A stretch of 64,000 nt of DNA from a virus. Below the pieces are notes generated by a model. The model saw only the letters and a list, made by a program, of their open reading frames with translations. It was not told the origin of the DNA and ran no database searches. Position 1 is the stretch's first letter; the number at the start of each line of letters is the position of its first letter. Positions 59,055 through 64,000 of this stretch are shown here, piece by piece. The stretch is from IMG/VR virus record IMGVR_UViG_3300023179_000086, positions 9,400 through 73,399 of that record. One strand, written 5' to 3'. The position numbers were made by a program, and so were the translations under genes.

Positions 59055-59131
59055 CTGATTGTAGCTCAGCAGGATAGAGCAATGGATTTCTAATCCATTG
59101 GTCGGGGGTTCGAATCCCTTCAGTCAGGCCA
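59055..59131 (+). tRNA. tRNA-Arg(TCT)
   Basis: CTGATTG/CAGTCAG, stem ATGGA/TCCAT, loop TTTCTAA, CCA. Confidence 0.9.
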
Positions 59132-59147
59132 CATAAAAAGATAATTT

Positions 59148-59241
59148 GGAACGTTGACCGAGAGGCTGAAGGTACTTTCCTGCTAAGAAAGCATCGGGGC
59201 TACAACCCTGATCGTTGGTTCGAATCCAACACGTTCCGCCA
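59148..59241 (+). tRNA. tRNA-Ser(GCT)
   Basis: GGAACGT/ACGTTCC, loop CTGCTAA, long variable arm, CCA. Confidence 0.92.
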
Positions 59242-59280
59242 AAAAATTATAGTGTATAAAATATCTATAAATAAAAATAT

Positions 59281-59353
59281 TCCAATGTAGCTCAGTCGGT
59301 AGAGCAGCAGACTGTTAATCTGTTGGTCCGTGGTTCGAACCCACGCATTGGAG
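59281..59353 (+). tRNA. tRNA-Asn(GTT), no encoded CCA
   Basis: TCCAATG/CATTGGA, loop CTGTTAA; followed by CAC rather than CCA. Confidence 0.88.
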
Positions 59354-59363
59354 CACAAGAGCA

Positions 59364-59463
59364 ATGTCGAGGCTCAAACAAGATGAATGGTTGGTATTAC
59401 CTAAAAAACCAAAAGTCTTGACGACATATGTAGATTCGGGGGCTAAAAGCCTACCGAATCTAC
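59364..59463 (+). ncRNA. candidate structured RNA
   Basis: Nested stems ATGTCG/CGACAT, CAAGAT/GTCTTG, TGGTT/AACCA, then GTAGATTCGG/CCGAATCTAC. Confidence 0.5.
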
Positions 59464-59487
59464 TTCTAGATTATATATTGTAAATTA

Positions 59488-59937
59488 ATGAAAACCGTAC
59501 CAATAATTCAATCACGTCAATGTAATGGATGTTCATGTTGTTGCGAAGGATTCTTAAACGCAAAAATTTACGGTTTTAACATGAGTTTAAATGATGGTCC
59601 ATGTAGGTTTTTGATTAGAGACAAATGTGGTATCTATCCCGTAAGACCTGAATTATGCAAAAAGTTTTTATGTGGATGGAGAGAAAATACATCTTTTCCC
59701 GAATTTATGAAACCAAATTTAAGTAACATTATTCTTTTAAATAAATATATTGAAAACTTTTTTTACTATCGAATGGTTAAATGCAACATAAAAATTAAAC
59801 AAGAAGTTTATAATTGGGCTGAACAAGAATCAATGAATGGAAAACATTTTATTGGTTATGATAATGATGGTAATCCATTAATTTATTCAACAAGCGATGA
59901 GTTTAAGAAGTTAATTGAAGATAAAGGATTATTATGA
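59488..59937 (+). CDS. YkgJ-like CxxCxxCC metal-binding protein
   Basis: CNGCSCCC..PCRFL..CGIY..RP..CKKF.C. Confidence 0.8.
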   Translation: MKTVPIIQSRQCNGCSCCCEGFLNAKIYGFNMSLNDGPCRFLIRDKCGIYPVRPELCKKFLCGWRENTSFPEFMKPNLSNIILLNKYIENFFYYRMVKCNIKIKQEVYNWAEQESMNGKHFIGYDNDGNPLIYSTSDEFKKLIEDKGLL

Positions 59938-60290
59938 CACATTATTTTGGGTATCATCTTTTATTGGATTGTAGTGGATGCGAGAATATTAATGACCGCA
60001 TTAATATCTATAATTGGATAAAATATTTGGTGCCCACCATTGACATGGTTGCCGCAGGTGAACCATATCTTGAATATTTACTTGAAGGTGATCCAAAACA
60101 AGGATACACATTGATGCAAGCAATCACCACGAGTAGTATTACCGCACATTTTATGGAACTTGATGGTACTGCTTACATTGATATTTTTAGTTGTAAAACA
60201 TTTGATGTAGATTTGGCACAGAAGGTTATCCAAAATTATTTCAATCCAAAGAAAATTCGTGTAAATTATCTTACACGTCATGCAGATTAA
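59934..60290 (+). CDS. speD: S-adenosylmethionine decarboxylase family proenzyme
   Basis: GYHLLLD..GYT..ITTSSITAHF..YIDIFSCK.FD. Confidence 0.85.
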   Translation: MTHYFGYHLLLDCSGCENINDRINIYNWIKYLVPTIDMVAAGEPYLEYLLEGDPKQGYTLMQAITTSSITAHFMELDGTAYIDIFSCKTFDVDLAQKVIQNYFNPKKIRVNYLTRHAD

Positions 60291-60295
60291 AACAC

Positions 60296-60378
60296 GCTGA
60301 AGTCGCATAGTGGCAATTGCACCTGATTTGTAATCAGGCCCGAAAGGTACGTGAGTTCGAGTCTCTCCTTCAGCACCA
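60296..60378 (+). tRNA. tRNA-Thr(TGT) with enlarged variable arm
   Basis: GCTGAAG/CTTCAGC, stem CCTGA/TCAGG, loop TTTGTAA, CCA. Confidence 0.85.
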
Positions 60379-60395
60379 ACCTAACTTTTATAACT

Positions 60396-60917
60396 ATGAA
60401 CATCACTGAAAAACGTGGTATGCAAGGTACGCTCAAAGTGTTTGACCGTACTGACCATGACACCTATGATACTAAAGGTAAACAAGCATTTATTAAATAC
60501 TTAGATGGATTTTTACCTAAACATTTAAAGACTATAGAAAACCCTGACCAACATGGTATTGACTTATTAACCATTGATAAAAATACCAATTTAGTTGTGC
60601 AAACATGGGAAATAGAAGTGCGTTATGGTAATTGGAAAAATGATACACCATTCCCATTTGATGAAATCAACTGTATTGAACGTAAAGATCATCAGTGGCG
60701 TAAAAGCAACGAATACTTGAAAAAAATTCCACATAAGATTGCTGATAATCATGAAGTATGTTATGTACAACTTAACGCAATTTGTACAAGGGCAGTGTTG
60801 ATTGATAGTCAATTAATTTTGCAATACCCACTTAAGCCATGGGCTAATCGTAAAAGTGATGGTGAATATGTACGACAAGTACCTGTTGCAAAAACCATAC
60901 AAATAAAAATTGCTTGA
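60396..60917 (+). CDS. hypothetical protein, possible PD-(D/E)XK fold
   Basis: ENPD.HGIDLL..WEIEVR; start moved past the tRNA. Confidence 0.7.
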   Translation: MNITEKRGMQGTLKVFDRTDHDTYDTKGKQAFIKYLDGFLPKHLKTIENPDQHGIDLLTIDKNTNLVVQTWEIEVRYGNWKNDTPFPFDEINCIERKDHQWRKSNEYLKKIPHKIADNHEVCYVQLNAICTRAVLIDSQLILQYPLKPWANRKSDGEYVRQVPVAKTIQIKIA

Positions 60918-60942
60918 CAGCATATCCTAATTTTGCTAATAT
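60914..60942 (+). promoter_or_regulatory. sigma70-type promoter
   Basis: TTGACA-17-TAATAT with TG extension. Confidence 0.7.
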
Positions 60943-60974
60943 TTCTCTGTTGACAACGAAACGGAGATTATTAA

Positions 60975-61286
60975 ATGAGTATCGTAACTATCAAGTTAGC
61001 TCCCCAAGAAGTTTGTAGGGAGTTTTATTTCGCTAAAAATAGAATCGGATTGGTCAGAGCGAACAAAGATTTTTATACACCATGCCCACCATTTTTCTCT
61101 TCTAGAGATGGTACAAATGCTGCTGAAGATGCGTTTGACCTTTCTAACAACCCATATCGTCAAGAAGAACGTATGGATGTTATTGGACGGGTTAGGTCGC
61201 TCAGTGTGGGTGATATTGTGGAAGTGGAAGTAAACGGTAAGTATGATGAATTCTTGTGCGATAGTTTTGGTTGGATAAAACTGTAA
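60975..61286 (+). CDS. YodL-like protein
   Basis: RSLSVGDIV..CDSFGW. Confidence 0.7.
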   Translation: MSIVTIKLAPQEVCREFYFAKNRIGLVRANKDFYTPCPPFFSSRDGTNAAEDAFDLSNNPYRQEERMDVIGRVRSLSVGDIVEVEVNGKYDEFLCDSFGWIKL

Positions 61287-61296
61287 GGAGTTAAAA

Positions 61297-61545
61297 ATGA
61301 TACCTCAGTACACAATCAATGCCATTAACAATTATGTTGAAAATGGCATTATTCCAGGTGGTTTCCTCAAAGCAGTATTAACCAACGATTTGTTTGGTGC
61401 TTTAGCTCATGCTGATTCAAGTAATAAAGAAGCATTGTCTGAAATTTGCCAATATATTTACAATGAAATTCCTGCAAATTGTTGGGGTAGCAAAGAAATA
61501 CTTTTGAAGTATTCCAAATCAAAATTAGTTGACAACGTATCCTAA
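61297..61545 (+). CDS. hypothetical phage protein
   Basis: TAAGGAG RBS; PGGFLKAVLTNDL..CWGS. Confidence 0.8.
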   Translation: MIPQYTINAINNYVENGIIPGGFLKAVLTNDLFGALAHADSSNKEALSEICQYIYNEIPANCWGSKEILLKYSKSKLVDNVS

Positions 61546-61557
61546 TTAACATATAAT
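61529..61557 (+). promoter_or_regulatory. sigma70-type promoter
   Basis: TTGACA-17-TATAAT. Confidence 0.85.
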
Positions 61558-61581
61558 AATCTCTGTTGATAGGAGATTGAT

Positions 61582-62058
61582 ATGCGATTAAATAAAGATT
61601 TCTACAACAGCCCTGTTACGGTAACTAGCATGAGAGCAGATAATTGCTCTTATGTACAAACAGACGGTGGACGGTCTGAAAGCGGATTTACAGTTGGTAA
61701 GAAACAAAAGCGTGATTGTGTACCACGAGCCATTGCAATATTATTAAACAAGCCATATAAAAAAGTATGGGGAGATTTATATGAGCGACAGTATAAAGCG
61801 GGATATGATTTTAATCCTGACAAAGGTGTTATTACTCATGTTTGGCAAAATTATCTTGCTGAACATGGTTACAAATATTTTTGTGTAAAGAAGTCAAGAA
61901 AATATGTATTACCTAAAGACATACCAATGGGTAAAGTTTTACTACATACAAGGGGGCATATTGCCGCTTGTATTGATCATACGATTTATGACAATTGGGA
62001 TAGTCGTACTAAAAAAAGTAAGCCACGTAAATTATATGGTTATGTAGTTATTGAGTAA
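61582..62058 (+). CDS. hypothetical protein, possible papain-like fold
   Basis: DGGR..DCVPRAIA..GHIAA.ID..IYDNWDS. Confidence 0.7.
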   Translation: MRLNKDFYNSPVTVTSMRADNCSYVQTDGGRSESGFTVGKKQKRDCVPRAIAILLNKPYKKVWGDLYERQYKAGYDFNPDKGVITHVWQNYLAEHGYKYFCVKKSRKYVLPKDIPMGKVLLHTRGHIAACIDHTIYDNWDSRTKKSKPRKLYGYVVIE

Positions 62059-62060
62059 AT

Positions 62061-62149
62061 GGGTGGTGCCCCCTACGGCGGTCTGTAAAACCGTTGGCAT
62101 TGTAAAGTAGGGAAGTTGCCTCGTGGAGCGTTACCATCACTACCCACCA
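62061..62149 (+). ncRNA. atypical tRNA-Tyr(GTA)-like RNA lacking a D-arm
   Basis: GGGTGGT/ACTACCC-A-CCA, stem GCGGT/ACCGT with loop CTGTAAA, non-canonical T-loop AGCGTTA. Confidence 0.7.
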
Positions 62150-62208
62150 TAAATTCGTGATTCTGTCACCATTAAATATTATTTTATATCAAATATTTTA
62201 TAAATATA

Positions 62209-62407
62209 GAACCTCGGTTTACACTTTTCCCGTTAGTACAAAGTGGGTATTGATATTTCCAAAATATCACGGTGCTTATGATCTACCGCAAAACCCGCCA
62301 TATGGGTGCATGAAAAATCATAGGAGGATACGATACCTTCCATATAAAACATCGTTGAGACAGGGTAAACAACTCAGTTTAGGGCTAATGAGGGTTAGTA
62401 GCTAAAC
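62209..62407 (+). ncRNA. structured ncRNA, possibly manA-motif-like
   Basis: TATAAATA just upstream; stems CACTTT/AAAGTG, TGATATTT/AAATATCA, TATGAT/ATCATA, GTTTAC/GTAAAC, GTTTAG/CTAAAC; family name from memory only. Confidence 0.5.
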
Positions 62408-62422
62408 ACTAATTTAAGTTTT

Positions 62423-62481
62423 AGGATGCTAACAGCAAATAAAAACATCAAACTGCTAATTTGAACCGTTAAATGCATCCT
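62423..62481 (+). ncRNA. small RNA presenting a Ser(GCT)-type anticodon stem-loop
   Basis: AGGATGC/GCATCCT closing stem; TCAAA-CTGCTAA-TTTGA. Confidence 0.5.
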
Positions 62482-62506
62482 GTATAAAAATCCAAAGAGA
62501 AATTAA

Positions 62507-63283
62507 ATGAATATATTAGTGACAGGTTATAAAGGATTTATTGGTAAAAATATGGTTAATAGTTTAAACCATAATCTCATATTGTATGATTATGGTGATC
62601 AACTTCCTGATTTTAAGAATTTAAATTTAGTTATACATTTAGGAGCAAACAGTTCAACGACTGAAACAGACGTAGATAAAATTTTTACTCAAAATTATGA
62701 CTTTTCTTGCATGATATTAGACTTATGTAAAACTCATAAAGTAAATTTACAATACGCAAGTTCTGCAAGTGTATATGGTAAATTAAAAGAATTTAAAGAA
62801 GATGGTGCAGTAAATCCACAAAGTCCTTATGCTTGGAGTAAATATTTGTTTGATCGGGTGGTTACATCTCAAAATTTTAAAGAAATTACTGTACAAGGTT
62901 TCAGGTATTTTAATGTGTATGGTGAATATGAAGACCACAAAGGAAATCAAGCTAGTCCTTTTTATCAATTTGCAAAGCAAGCAAAAGAAACGGGTGAAAT
63001 AATATTATTTGAAAATTCTGAAAATTATCATAGAGATTTTGTTCATGTAAGTAAAATTATCGATGTACATAAACATTTTTTTAATATTAAAGAATCAGGT
63101 ATATGGAATATTGGAACAGGTCAAACACAATCATTTTATGATGTAGCAAAATATATTGCTAATAAGCATAATGCACAAATTAAATTTATTCCTATGCCAA
63201 ATAATGTAAAGTTACAATATCAAGAATATACTTGCGCTGATTTAACCAAGTTGAAAAAATATATGAATATTAATGGGCTGTAG
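62507..63283 (+). CDS. rfaD: ADP-L-glycero-D-manno-heptose 6-epimerase-like SDR
   Basis: TGYKGFIG, HLGANSSTTE, YASSASVYG, YAWSK, FRYFNVYG..E.HKG.QAS, YQ.YT.AD. Confidence 0.88.
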   Translation: MNILVTGYKGFIGKNMVNSLNHNLILYDYGDQLPDFKNLNLVIHLGANSSTTETDVDKIFTQNYDFSCMILDLCKTHKVNLQYASSASVYGKLKEFKEDGAVNPQSPYAWSKYLFDRVVTSQNFKEITVQGFRYFNVYGEYEDHKGNQASPFYQFAKQAKETGEIILFENSENYHRDFVHVSKIIDVHKHFFNIKESGIWNIGTGQTQSFYDVAKYIANKHNAQIKFIPMPNNVKLQYQEYTCADLTKLKKYMNINGL

Positions 63284-63349
63284 GTGTTGTAGGGGGCACA
63301 CGGGCTTTGCAAGCCTGGAGGACCAGTTCGAGCCTGGTACGGTCCACCA
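63275..63349 (+). tRNA. tRNA-Ala(TGC)
   Basis: GGGCTGT/ACGGTCC with G3:U70, loop TTTGCAA, CCA; overlaps last 9 nt of the epimerase gene. Confidence 0.88.
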
Positions 63350-63407
63350 TGATATTCCAAAGTTGTGATTCTGTTAGGCGTGAGTTCGAATCTCATCAAT
63401 CACCCCA
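63350..63407 (+). pseudogene. 3' remnant of tRNA-His(GTG)
   Basis: TTGTGAT loop, T-arm GTGAG-TTCGAAT-CTCAT, CAATCAC-C-CCA; 5' acceptor strand and D-arm missing. Confidence 0.65.
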
Positions 63408-63593
63408 TTAAATAGGATATTCAAAATCTAGTATAAATTGAAATGCTAGTTTATAATCAGTAAAGTACTTTATTTGAAAATTTTCATCAAATATATCACG
63501 TATGATGACTAAACAAACACCATATTCACTACGACATAGGTAAATATGTAGACCATTTGGTGTAAATGTTTCATATGTTTCGTACATAACCAT
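63408..63593 (-). CDS. hypothetical protein
   Basis: 61 aa; minus-strand TAAATA next to the start. Confidence 0.55.
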   Translation of the reverse strand: MVMYETYETFTPNGLHIYLCRSEYGVCLVIIRDIFDENFQIKYFTDYKLAFQFILDFEYPI

Positions 63594-63613
63594 ATTTAGT
63601 TTAGGAAAATTTA

Positions 63614-63757
63614 ATGAAAATCAATAACAAAGATGATCCACTCTTTAGTATTACATCACGAGATTTAGAATGGTCTTATACTAAGGGTACAGGCGCAGGT
63701 GGACAAAAAAGTAAGAATTTTCCTGAATATAAAATTTTATCCCGGTGTGTAGGCTAG
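63614..63757 (+). pseudogene. truncated GGQ peptidyl-tRNA hydrolase / release-factor-domain gene
   Basis: AGGA RBS; ..LFSITSRDLEWSYTKGTGAGGQK then similarity is lost; frame ends inside tRNA-Pro. Confidence 0.7.
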
Positions 63758-63829
63758 TCAGGTCAAGTCACCGGCTTTGGGAGCCGGCGTGTTCGCACAT
63801 CGCAGGTTCGAATCCTGCCACACCGACCA
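63743..63829 (+). tRNA. tRNA-Pro(TGG) with enlarged variable arm
   Basis: CGGTGTG/CACACCG, stem CCGGC/GCCGG, loop TTTGGGA, extra GTG-TTCG-CAC arm, CCA. Confidence 0.9.
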
Positions 63830-63852
63830 AAACCCTTTATTACGAATTAAAT

Positions 63853-63886
63853 GCCCAAGTGGTGAAACGGTATACACGCTTGCCTT
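63853..63886 (+). pseudogene. 5' half of a tRNA-Leu-type gene, interrupted at the anticodon loop
   Basis: GCCCAAG-TGGTGAAACGGTATACACG-CTTGC-CTT then unrelated sequence. Confidence 0.65.
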
Positions 63887-63903
63887 TTTGTATAAATAAA
63901 TGT

Positions 63904-64000
63904 ATGAAAAGGATTGCTGATCCCATACAAACTACTGAACTATGTTCATACGGATGCGGCTCTGTTGCTAATTTTATAAACGGATCTAAAAAATTAATGT
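63904..64000 (+). CDS. probable homing endonuclease N-terminus (partial)
   Basis: TATAAATA at 63891; MKRIADPIQTTELCSYGCGSVANFINGSKKLM runs off the window. Confidence 0.55.
   Translation, partial: MKRIADPIQTTELCSYGCGSVANFINGSKKLM

Noticed and set aside
59055-59131. Possible amber suppressor (CTA) tRNA
   Set aside because: The stem ATGGA/TCCAT fixes the loop as TTTCTAA, so the anticodon is TCT (Arg).
60296-60378. Reading this tRNA as Tyr because of the long arm and GTA
   Set aside because: Loop register TTTGTAA gives TGT, and G1-C72/C2-G71 fits Thr.

Overview
AT-rich, gene-dense segment of a large T4-like myophage genome; standard genetic code; host probably a betaproteobacterium (inference from IscA, class Ia NrdAB and a DUF3563-like protein). 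Layout: (1) 1-10 kb, small early genes behind consensus sigma70 promoters; (2) 10-23.6 kb, replication and head-related genes (UvsW-like helicase, 207-aa mini-DnaE, primase, DnaB-like helicase, IscA with an HNH insertion, exonuclease); (3) 23.6-36 kb, tail fibre, nrdA/aldolase/nrdB/glutaredoxin, PAAR, probable baseplate protein, SleB-like hydrolase; (4) 36.3-57.5 kb, a ~21 kb acyl-tailoring island with 8 intact membrane desaturases plus a deleted ninth, FabF, a Rieske oxygenase, several 2OG-Fe(II)/cupin enzymes, three SGGxDS ATP-pyrophosphatases, GNAT-like proteins, a B12 radical SAM enzyme, an APS-kinase/nucleotidyltransferase fusion and a sulfotransferase; (5) 57.5-64 kb, a tRNA/ncRNA array. 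The most striking signal is absent from the ORF track: a probably leaderless 38-codon uORF containing all 20 amino acids (32 different codons), coupled to a mutually exclusive antiterminator/terminator at the head of the tRNA array, i.e. a candidate pan-codon attenuator that switches on phage tRNAs when translation stalls. The array also holds a D-arm-less pseudoknotted tRNA-Tyr-like RNA, an anticodon-loop mimic, class-I tRNAs with extra arms, a truncated GGQ protein and a tRNA-Leu half interrupted by a probable endonuclease gene. All family calls come from motifs read by eye; no database search was run.
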